Below are positions 8,065-15,684 of a DNA stretch of 41,484 nucleotides, piece after piece. Both the position numbers and the translations under genes were made by a program. This DNA is from a virus. Location: the IMG/VR virus record IMGVR_UViG_3300021399_000034, positions 1 to 41,484 of that record; one strand, written 5' to 3'. Numbering within the stretch: the first letter of the stretch is position 1; each line of letters begins with the position of its first letter. The notes beneath the pieces are model-generated. The model was given only the letters and a program-made list of their open reading frames with translations, did no database searches and was not told the origin of the DNA.

Positions 8065-9513
8065 ATGCTGACATATCAAGACCTGCTTGCAATAGGAGAA
8101 AGCGACAAGGCAAAAATGGATTTCGTGCGCTCTGCTATTTTCAAGCATCAATCTACTGACCTCTACAGAAACGCAGTAATCGCTGATAAGTATGATAAAA
8201 AGCAGAACGTCACGATCATGGATTATCAGAAACTGCTTTACAAGGTCACTGGAGAAGCCGTTCCGGATAACTTCAGTGCAAACTACAAGATAGCATCAAA
8301 TTTCTTCTTCAGATTCGTTACGCAGGAAAGCCAGTATCTTTTAGGGAATGGCATAATGCTTGATGAGGATGAACTGAAAGACAGGCTCGGCAAGGACTTT
8401 GACGCAAGACTGCAGGAAGTAGGCAGGGATGCGCTTGTGGATGGAGTAGCTTTCGGATTCTGGAATAAAGACCACATGGAAGTGTTTCGGATCACAGAGC
8501 TTGTGCCACTCTATGACGAAGAGAATGGTGCGCTGATGGCGGCTATTCGCTTCTGGCAGATAGACCAGTCCAAGCCGTTAAGGGCAACGCTCTATGAGCC
8601 AGATGGATATACGGAGTACATCTGGAGGAAGAAAGACGATGGGGAGATATTAAAGCCGAAGCGTCAGTATATTCTCAAGACACGTTCTACGCCTCTTGAA
8701 GGCATGGAGATTTATGACTATGAGAATTATCCTACATTTCCGATCGTGCCTCTGTGGGGCAATACTGCGCATCAGAGCGAGCTCGTAGGAATCCGAGAGG
8801 CTATAGATGCGTATGATCTCATTAAGTCTGGATTCTGCAATACTGTAGATGAAGCAAGCCTTGTCTATTGGACAATCCAGAATGCAGGAGGCATGGATGA
8901 TATCGACCTTGCTAAGTTTGTAGAGAGAATCAGAACGCTCCATGCCGCCACAGTAGAGGATGATGGAGCAAAGGCAGAATCTCATACGCTTGATGTTCCG
9001 TATCAGAGCAGAGAAGCTTTACTCATGAGATTGCGCTCAGACTTGTACGATGATTTTATGGCTCTGGATACAAAAGAGATTGCAGGAGGTGCTACCACAG
9101 CCACGCAGATCAAGGCGGCTTATGAGCCTATTAACAGCAAGGCTGATATGTTTGAATACTGTGTCCATGATTTTCTGGATGGAATCTTTTTACTTGCGGG
9201 AATCGAAAGTGATGCCACATTCACACGCTCGATTATTGTAAACTCGCAGGAGGAAATCACGACAGTTATTTCAGCCGCCACATATCTCAGTTCAGAATAT
9301 GTCACTCGGAAGATCCTCATGCTTCTTGGAGATGGGGATAAGATTGATGATGTTCTAAAAGAAATGGATGAAGGCGAGGCAGAGATCTATCAGGACGAAG
9401 AAGATGAAGAAATGGAAGGAGAAGAAGATACTGGTCTTGATGATGAAGAAGATGAAGATGACGACATAGACGCTCAGCTTGATGCTCTGCTGAAAGAATT
9501 GGAGGACATGTAA
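8065..9513 (+). CDS. Portal protein (SPP1 gp6-like)
   Basis: 482 aa, follows terL, with a very acidic C-terminal tail (EDEEMEGEEDTGLDDEEDEDDD). Confidence 0.8.
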   Translation: MLTYQDLLAIGESDKAKMDFVRSAIFKHQSTDLYRNAVIADKYDKKQNVTIMDYQKLLYKVTGEAVPDNFSANYKIASNFFFRFVTQESQYLLGNGIMLDEDELKDRLGKDFDARLQEVGRDALVDGVAFGFWNKDHMEVFRITELVPLYDEENGALMAAIRFWQIDQSKPLRATLYEPDGYTEYIWRKKDDGEILKPKRQYILKTRSTPLEGMEIYDYENYPTFPIVPLWGNTAHQSELVGIREAIDAYDLIKSGFCNTVDEASLVYWTIQNAGGMDDIDLAKFVERIRTLHAATVEDDGAKAESHTLDVPYQSREALLMRLRSDLYDDFMALDTKEIAGGATTATQIKAAYEPINSKADMFEYCVHDFLDGIFLLAGIESDATFTRSIIVNSQEEITTVISAATYLSSEYVTRKILMLLGDGDKIDDVLKEMDEGEAEIYQDEEDEEMEGEEDTGLDDEEDEDDDIDAQLDALLKELEDM

Positions 9514-9944
9514 TGGCATACGCAAGCAAATATTATGATCCGGTAAAGCGACATGAGTATTACATGAAGCATAGAAAGCTAAAGGGAAAGAAAAGCAGAA
9601 CGTCTACTGCAGGTCTTAATGAAGATGGTAAGATTGCCGCTAAAGAAGTAAAAGAAGCAATTATGGCAGAGAAGAAAGCGTATCTTGAGAAGCAAAAAGG
9701 GATTATGAATAATCAGATTAAGTCCCTGCGTGAGAAGCTGAAAGCGATGTCTAAAGAAGAACGTAAGAAAAACAAAGAAAAGATACAGGAACAAATCAAA
9801 GGGTTACGTGCTTTATACAAGGATCACAAAGCCAAAGTCAAAGATTTTTACAACGAGAAATATGCGCAGGAATTAGACAAGATTAAAGCAGACAAGAGTA
9901 TGCTAAGGGCATATAAATCGAAGAAGAAAAAGAAGTCCTCATGA
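9513..9944 (+). CDS. Lys-rich coiled-coil protein, unknown function
   Basis: 143 aa. It is coupled to its neighbours at both ends (TAATG with the portal gene upstream; a 4-nt ATGA overlap with the next gene at 9941-9944) and lies between the portal and Mu-F-like genes. Confidence 0.6.
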   Translation: MAYASKYYDPVKRHEYYMKHRKLKGKKSRTSTAGLNEDGKIAAKEVKEAIMAEKKAYLEKQKGIMNNQIKSLREKLKAMSKEERKKNKEKIQEQIKGLRALYKDHKAKVKDFYNEKYAQELDKIKADKSMLRAYKSKKKKKSS

Positions 9945-11002
9945 GTAAATTCAGAAAAGGAAAATTAAAGTTATCTAAAGAAGAGCTTGAAGCATACGAG
10001 AGCATGTGCAAAGACATGGAAAAGAGGATTGCGAAAGAGTATGCGCAGGCAAAAAAGGAAGTCGCTGATAAAGCAGACGATTATTTCAGACGCTTTAAAA
10101 AGAAAGACGCTGTTTGGAGACAGTGGGTAGCATCAGGACAAAAAACCAAAAAGGAGTATCAAAAATGGCGGACTAATCAGATGGCAGTGGGCGAGAGATG
10201 GAAAGACATGCGTGATGTACTCGCTACCGATCTTGCGAACAGCGATAAGATTGCCGCCAGTATTATGAATGAGTATATTCCTGAGGCTTATGCCCTTGGT
10301 CACAATTGGGGCACTTACGAAGTCGAAGCAGATGCTAAAATCAACACCGGATACACGCTTTATAATCGTGAAGCGGTAGAGAAATTGATCAAAGAAGAAC
10401 CTAGTCTTCTGCCAAAAGCGAAAGTCAGCATTCCGAAAGATAAACTGTGGAACAGACAGCACTTAGACTCTGCTATTACGCAGGGCATTCTGCAGGGAGA
10501 AAGCATTCCTGATATTGCGAAGCGTCTTCAGTCCGTGACAGATATGAACCATAAGGCGGCACTCAGGAATGCCCGTACCATGACAGGATCCGCAGAAAAC
10601 GCAGGTCACATGAATGCTTATAAACGTGCTGAAGATATGGGGATTGAACTTGAGAAACAGTGGGTTGCTACGTTTGACAACAGGACACGAACTTCTCATA
10701 GAAATTTGCATGGAGAAACGCAGGAAATAAACACTCTGTTTTCAAATGGGCTGATGTATCCGAAGGATCCTAATGGACCGTCTGAAGAAGTGTATAACTG
10801 CAGATGCAGAGTTATCAGCAATGTGAAAGGATTTCAGCGTGATCTTTCCCCGATGTATGACGAAAATCTTATGGGAATGACATTTGAGGAATGGAAAGAC
10901 GCAAAGCCTGTTTACCAGAAGATCACTCATGGAGAGGAAGTCGCTGAAGCACAGAAGATGAGATATGTAAGGGAGTACAGGAATGGCAATCGGAAACGTT
11001 AA
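9941..11002 (+). CDS. Head morphogenesis / minor capsid protein (Mu F / SPP1 gp7 family)
   Basis: Signature VATFDNRTRTSHRNLHGE ... YNCRCRV. Confidence 0.85.
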   Translation: MSKFRKGKLKLSKEELEAYESMCKDMEKRIAKEYAQAKKEVADKADDYFRRFKKKDAVWRQWVASGQKTKKEYQKWRTNQMAVGERWKDMRDVLATDLANSDKIAASIMNEYIPEAYALGHNWGTYEVEADAKINTGYTLYNREAVEKLIKEEPSLLPKAKVSIPKDKLWNRQHLDSAITQGILQGESIPDIAKRLQSVTDMNHKAALRNARTMTGSAENAGHMNAYKRAEDMGIELEKQWVATFDNRTRTSHRNLHGETQEINTLFSNGLMYPKDPNGPSEEVYNCRCRVISNVKGFQRDLSPMYDENLMGMTFEEWKDAKPVYQKITHGEEVAEAQKMRYVREYRNGNRKR

Positions 11003-11312
11003 GGTTACCAGTCATGTTAATGAAGTCATATCAGCTAAAAATGGGGCAATTGCCCGTGCACTTGAGGCAATTGGAATACAGGCTGAAGGTGATGTCGCCA
11101 GTCTTGCTCCTGTGGATACTGGCAGATTGAGAGATTCGATCACGCACGAGACTCATGCAGAAGAGGAATCCGTGCATGTTGGAACAAATGTTGAGTATGG
11201 GAAATATCAAGAGTATGGAACATCCAGAATGAGAGCGCATCCGTTTCTCAAACCGGGCATCATGAACAATCTGGAAACGTATAAATCTATCGCAAAACAG
11301 TTTCTATCGTGA
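10983..11312 (+). CDS. HK97 gp10-like neck/tail-completion protein (out of its usual gene order)
   Basis: PVDTGRLRDSITHE ... YGKYQEYGTSRMRAHPFLKPG matches the gp10-family pattern. It is located before the scaffold gene instead of among the neck genes. Confidence 0.7.
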   Translation: MAIGNVKVTSHVNEVISAKNGAIARALEAIGIQAEGDVASLAPVDTGRLRDSITHETHAEEESVHVGTNVEYGKYQEYGTSRMRAHPFLKPGIMNNLETYKSIAKQFLS

Positions 11313-11365
11313 GACACAATTCTATACAATTTAGCTGTTAGAAAATTAACAATCTTACTTTTACT

Positions 11366-11400
11366 GAAAACCTACTGTCTTAGTAGGTTTTCTATTTTTT
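11366..11400 (+). terminator. Rho-independent terminator
   Basis: Stem GAAAACCTACT (11366-11376), loop GTCTT, stem AGTAGGTTTTC (11382-11392), then TATTTTTT. Confidence 0.75.
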
Positions 11401-11441
11401 ATATATTATTATAATTTTTTATTATTTTTTATAATGTATGA

Positions 11442-11527
11442 TGTAGGATAAAGGTACATTTTAGTAAAGTCCCTATAGAGCAAAAAATATATAGAAAGTT
11501 TAGTAAAATGTACGATTATCCTACACT
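11442..11527 (+). repeat. Inverted-repeat element, copy 1 (86 bp)
   Basis: The left arm TGTAGGATAAAGGTACATTT (11442-11461) is identical to 30757-30776. The right arm AAAATGTACGATTATCCTACACT (11505-11527) differs at one base from 30821-30843. The two arms are imperfect reverse complements of each other. Confidence 0.85.
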
Positions 11528-11571
11528 GCTTTTGTCTGACAATTTTAGTGACAGATTTTTTTTAAATGCCG

Positions 11572-11600
11572 TTGTATTTTTTTTGCATGAATGTTAAAAT
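11572..11600 (+). promoter_or_regulatory. Promoter for the scaffold/capsid/tail operon (extended -10)
   Basis: TTGTAT (11572-11577), a 17-nt spacer, then TAAAAT (11595-11600), with TGt at 11592-11594. Confidence 0.55.
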
Positions 11601-11647
11601 AGCTGTGTCTGAATGACAAAGAACCGTCTACGAAGGAGAGGAAGACA

Positions 11648-12232
11648 ATGGCACTGACAAGAAAGTCACTGAAAGCGATGGGACTGACCGACGAACAGGT
11701 CGATTCTATTATCGAGGCACACACTGAAACTGTGGATGCGCTGAAGGACGAGCGTGATCGTTACAGGGAAGATGCCGATAAGCTTGTGGATGTCCAGAAG
11801 GAGTTGGATGCCGCAAAGAAAGCCGCAAAGGATGCACCGGATTATGCCGCACTGAAAAGAGAGTATGATGAGTACAAGGCAAGCGTTGAGGCAGAGAAAT
11901 CTCTACAGGCAAAGAAAGCCGCTTTTGAGGATGTGGTAAAGGATGCAGGACTGAGCGAAAAAGGTATCGCAAAGGCGCTGAAATATGCTGATTGGGATTC
12001 TATTGAACTTACTGATACTGGCAAGATCAAAGACGCATCGAAGCATATTAAGGCTCTGAAAGAAGAGTGGTCTGATTATGTGGTGACTGAAGGTGAAGAG
12101 GGTGCTGATACAGATACACCGCCAGATAACAAAGGTGGAGCCAAAATGACCAGAGAGGAAATTCTGGCTATTAAGGACACCACAGAGCGCCAGAAGGCTA
12201 TGGCGGAGAACCACGAGTTATTCGGTATTTAA
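11648..12232 (+). CDS. Scaffolding protein
   Basis: 194 aa, acidic and helical (LTDEQVDSIIEAHTETVDALKDERD...), strong SD, immediately upstream of the capsid gene. Confidence 0.75.
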   Translation: MALTRKSLKAMGLTDEQVDSIIEAHTETVDALKDERDRYREDADKLVDVQKELDAAKKAAKDAPDYAALKREYDEYKASVEAEKSLQAKKAAFEDVVKDAGLSEKGIAKALKYADWDSIELTDTGKIKDASKHIKALKEEWSDYVVTEGEEGADTDTPPDNKGGAKMTREEILAIKDTTERQKAMAENHELFGI

Positions 12233-12252
12233 GAAAAATATGAGGTGAGAAA

Positions 12253-13155
12253 ATGCCTGCAAAAGCTGGTCTTACAGTAAAAAATGATATTACAGTTGCC
12301 GTCCGTGAACTGGATTTTGTTACAAGATTCGGCAAGAACTGGGATGCTCTGAGAGAGATTCTCGGCATCATGCGCCCGATTAGAAAAACACCGGGTACAA
12401 AGCTGACTTCCTATGAGGCTTCTATGAAGTCTGAAGCACTGCAGGGTGGTGCTTCCGTAGGTGAGGGAGAGGAAATTCCGTACACAGAATTTCAGGTAGT
12501 GCCCGTGGCTTATGATGATATCGTTCTGGAAAAGTACGCAAAGGCTGTTTCCATTGAGGCTGTCGATAAGTTCGGTGCGGCTGTAGCTGTCCAGAGAACA
12601 GATGATGCTTTCCTTAACGAGCTTCAGTCGAAGGTCATGGATGACTTTTATACGTTCCTTACTACGCATGGAACGCTTACTCCTACAGACCCGATTACGT
12701 CTTTCCAGATGGGTGTAGCTATGGCGGTCGGTCTTGTTGTGGATAAGTTCAAGAAGATTCACAGAGATACCACAAACATCGTTGTGTGGGTAAATACTCT
12801 GGATGCTTACGAGTATCTTGGAGCCGCAGAACTGACTGTTCAGACTGCATTTGGTCTGCAGTATGTTCGGAACTTCCTTGGCGCACAGACGATGATCCTG
12901 TCTTCTGAGATTGAAAGAGGAAAGATTTACGCTACGCCTGTAGAGAACATTGCTCTGTATTATGTTGATCCGGGTGATGGCGATTACGCTCAGCTTGGTC
13001 TGAACTATACAGTACAGGGCGAGACCAATCTGATTGGTTTCCATGCAAATGGCAACTACCAGACAGCAGTCGGCGAGTCCTTTGCCATCATGGGTATGAA
13101 ACTGTGGGCTGAGTATGTCGACGGTATTGCTAATATTACCGTCACAAGCACCTAA
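12253..13155 (+). CDS. Major capsid protein
   Basis: 300 aa, assigned by position after the scaffold gene, with a strong SD GAGGTGA. Confidence 0.75.
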   Translation: MPAKAGLTVKNDITVAVRELDFVTRFGKNWDALREILGIMRPIRKTPGTKLTSYEASMKSEALQGGASVGEGEEIPYTEFQVVPVAYDDIVLEKYAKAVSIEAVDKFGAAVAVQRTDDAFLNELQSKVMDDFYTFLTTHGTLTPTDPITSFQMGVAMAVGLVVDKFKKIHRDTTNIVVWVNTLDAYEYLGAAELTVQTAFGLQYVRNFLGAQTMILSSEIERGKIYATPVENIALYYVDPGDGDYAQLGLNYTVQGETNLIGFHANGNYQTAVGESFAIMGMKLWAEYVDGIANITVTST

Positions 13156-13245
13156 TCATGGCATCCAGATGACACGAGATTGAAGTTTTGGGGTTTGGCT
13201 ATATAAATATATGGCTAAATCCTAAAATGCAAAATAGGGGCAAAA

Positions 13246-13695
13246 ATGAGCCGTATTGAGGATATCTGCAGAGAACTGAATAATTGGTTTGATGTAAAAA
13301 GAGCCATTGGTGATTTTGAGATCACGGAAAATGGGCTGACCTCTTTTTACGATGATCTTTATGATGACCAGTATTATAGGATTGTCGGCAGTGCACTCAA
13401 TGATGGTGTCTATAAAAAAGGCGAGGAACACGTTTTTGCACCAGAGGTTTTCCATGGTGCTGTGTGGGCAATGGCTGTTCCTCCTGCGGTCATTGCCCTT
13501 TGTGGCGAGATTGATGCGTACACTGAAAAGTATGCGGATCAGATTAATTCACCATTTCAGTCTGAAAGCTTTGGTGGATATTCGTACACAAAGGCGTCTG
13601 GAAGTTCAAGTGGTGGTGGTGGTTCCAATCCTTCCGACTGGCGTTCTGTGTTTGCGGGTCGGCTGAACAAATGGAGGAAAATTAGAGCGGTATGA
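13246..13695 (+). CDS. Putative head-tail connector/adaptor protein
   Basis: 149 aa, first gene after the capsid gene. The call rests on position only. Confidence 0.45.
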   Translation: MSRIEDICRELNNWFDVKRAIGDFEITENGLTSFYDDLYDDQYYRIVGSALNDGVYKKGEEHVFAPEVFHGAVWAMAVPPAVIALCGEIDAYTEKYADQINSPFQSESFGGYSYTKASGSSSGGGGSNPSDWRSVFAGRLNKWRKIRAV

Positions 13696-14048
13696 GTTTA
13701 CTTGAAGAGGCAATGGAAACCTGCAAATTTCTGGACAAGGTAAGAGTTCCAGATGGCTATGGAGGTGTGAAAACCACATGGTCGGAAGGAGCGGAATTTG
13801 AAGCGGCAATTACATTTGACACTTCCATGCAGTCCAGAATGGCGGGCGCTCAAGGAGTAAGCAGTCGATATACGGTTACTACGAAAAAGAATCTGACGCT
13901 TGAATATCATGATGTATTTAAGCGTGAAAGAGACAATAAAATTTTCAGAGTAACTTCGGATGGAGATGATAAGTATACTCCCGCAAGCGCAAATCTCAAT
14001 ATGAGACAGGTTACCGCTGAAGAATGGGAGCTTCCTGCTAATGAATAA
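13692..14048 (+). CDS. Putative head closure / head-tail joining protein
   Basis: 118 aa with overlapping start and stop. The sequence VRVPDGYGGVKTTWSEGAEF is typical of head-tail joining proteins. Confidence 0.55.
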   Translation: MSLLEEAMETCKFLDKVRVPDGYGGVKTTWSEGAEFEAAITFDTSMQSRMAGAQGVSSRYTVTTKKNLTLEYHDVFKRERDNKIFRVTSDGDDKYTPASANLNMRQVTAEEWELPANE

Positions 14049-14409
14049 GGATCAAGCTATTCATGAATTTTGGTCAGGGTTTGGACTTCCTGCATATGAT
14101 CAGTTCAGTATTCCAGACGATGCCAAATATCCATATATTTCTTACGATGTTTATACTGGAGCATTAAACGACAGATTGGTTTTGACAGGTGTGCTTCGGT
14201 ATAGGTCATCATCTTGGGAAGCAATCAGCCTGAAAAAGCAGGAGATTGAAACAGCAATATACAACATGGATTCTCCTATGGAAATTGATGGTGGCTATTT
14301 ATGGGTGTCATTGGGATCACCATTTGCGCAACGCATGGACGACGATCAGGATGACATGATCAAAGGGTATATATTAAATGTTTCTGCGGAGTTTTTAACT
14401 GCGCATTAA
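14041..14409 (+). CDS. Putative neck / tail-terminator protein
   Basis: 122 aa, overlaps the upstream gene and precedes the major tail gene. The call rests on position. Confidence 0.4.
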   Translation: MNKDQAIHEFWSGFGLPAYDQFSIPDDAKYPYISYDVYTGALNDRLVLTGVLRYRSSSWEAISLKKQEIETAIYNMDSPMEIDGGYLWVSLGSPFAQRMDDDQDDMIKGYILNVSAEFLTAH

Positions 14410-14421
14410 AGGAGAAACACA

Positions 14422-14997
14422 ATGGGAAAGTTTACTAAAATTCCGCTTGATACTTTCGAAGGTTTACAGCTTGATGCAGGAGTAATTCTGCGAACATTTA
14501 ATGTTGCAGAGCCTGCCGCAAGTATCGAAAGCGATATTATCTGTGCCACAACAGGCGGCATTGAAATCAATGCTGTTCCAAATTATAGCGATATGGGCGA
14601 AGATGTAGATAACTGCCCGAACAATATGAAAGAACTGAAGAAACTCGATTACTGGGATTGCTCTATGGCATTCACAGGAATTGGCGTTTCGCCAGAGTTT
14701 ATCAAACTGTCACTTGGCGCGGCAGACATCGAAACAGGTAATACTGGAAAAGTAACGCCCAGAGCAGATTTAAAACAAACCGACTTTCAAGATATCTGGT
14801 GGGTTGGTGACAGAGCAGATGGCGGTATGGTCGCCGTTAAACTGCTTAACGCACTGTCCACAGAGGGGTTTGCACTCAAGACTGAAAAAAACAGCAAAGG
14901 TCAGATTGAAACGACGCTAACCGGCCATGTTTCAATCATTGCACAGGATGTAGTCCCGATTGAAATTTACAGCGTAGCGCCATCATCTGAAGGATAA
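14422..14997 (+). CDS. Major tail protein (putative)
   Basis: 191 aa, strong SD AAAGGAGAAA, directly upstream of the chaperone and tape-measure genes. Confidence 0.6.
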   Translation: MGKFTKIPLDTFEGLQLDAGVILRTFNVAEPAASIESDIICATTGGIEINAVPNYSDMGEDVDNCPNNMKELKKLDYWDCSMAFTGIGVSPEFIKLSLGAADIETGNTGKVTPRADLKQTDFQDIWWVGDRADGGMVAVKLLNALSTEGFALKTEKNSKGQIETTLTGHVSIIAQDVVPIEIYSVAPSSEG

Positions 14998-15006
14998 GGG
15001 GAATAA

Positions 15007-15435
15007 ATGAAAAACTTAGCTAACTGCACTCCGACAGAATTCTTGAAGCAGACATATCGCATCAAAAAAGATTTGGAAAAATGGATTACGGATATTGATC
15101 TTAAAAACATCAGAGCCAGAAAGCCGGAAATAGAAGAAATCCCGCCAAATGTCACTGATGAGGAAAAAAGAGACATCATTGTTCGAAATGGCAAACGAGT
15201 AAAAGAGCAAGGGATGAAAAATATGTCTGACTTGCTCGATGCGGCAATGGGCGCACATCCAGATGAGACATTAAGGATTCTTGCTCTTTTATGTTTCGTG
15301 GAGCCAGAGAATGTTGATGATCATTCAATGTCTGAATACATTCAATGCTTAACAGAATTAATGTCGGATGAGGCGGTAGTTGGTTTTTTTGTTTCATTCT
15401 ATCGGTTGGGGCAGACGAATATTCTGAATGCCTAA
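15007..15435 (+). CDS. Tail assembly chaperone (G-like, zero-frame product)
   Basis: 142 aa, acidic, located between the major tail and tape-measure genes. Confidence 0.7.
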   Translation: MKNLANCTPTEFLKQTYRIKKDLEKWITDIDLKNIRARKPEIEEIPPNVTDEEKRDIIVRNGKRVKEQGMKNMSDLLDAAMGAHPDETLRILALLCFVEPENVDDHSMSEYIQCLTELMSDEAVVGFFVSFYRLGQTNILNA

Positions 15436-15683
15436 ATAGCATACGTTTGGATTTACTGGACGTATTTGGGAGAAGATACGTGGTTGAACACTGCGTATCT
15501 TCTTTTCGAATAAGCCAACAGGAAAAAATCTACAGAATATACGTCACAGACACGCTGAAAGCAATCAGCGAGGGCAAACATCTGACTGATAGATTCGCAG
15601 ACTTGATTATTCTTCAGAAAGTCGATACTCGTACACCAGATGAAATTAAAACGAGTATTATGAACAAGTTAAAGGAAATGTAA
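15007..15683 (+). CDS. Tail assembly chaperone -1 frameshift fusion (G-T-like, about 225 aa)
   Basis: The -1 frame is open without stops from the T7 slippery run at 15384-15390 to the stop at 15683. The ORF-track 15447 ORF has only a TTG start and no SD. Confidence 0.6.
15384..15390 (+). other. Slippery heptamer T TTT TTT for -1 programmed ribosomal frameshifting
   Basis: The zero-frame codons are GGT TTT TTT GTT (G-F-F-V). This is the X XXY YYZ pattern, 45 nt before the zero-frame stop. Confidence 0.55.
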
Positions 15684-15684
15684 T

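Noticed and set aside
8727-8736. An extra TTATCCTACA match to the right arm of the inverted-repeat element, inside the portal gene
   Set aside because: It is a single 10-mer without the partner arm or flanking similarity, which is compatible with chance in 41 kb.
12229-13044. 271-aa ORF on the minus strand, antisense to the major capsid gene
   Set aside because: It lies entirely inside a well-supported + strand gene. It has no SD and no recognisable motifs, and its sequence is Ser/Arg/Leu/Cys-rich, shadow-like. Every supported gene in the genome is on the + strand.
15447-15683. Independent 78-aa gene starting at TTG 15447
   Set aside because: It has no SD, and its frame is open upstream back to a T7 slippery site in the chaperone gene. 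It is better explained as the -1 frameshift extension.
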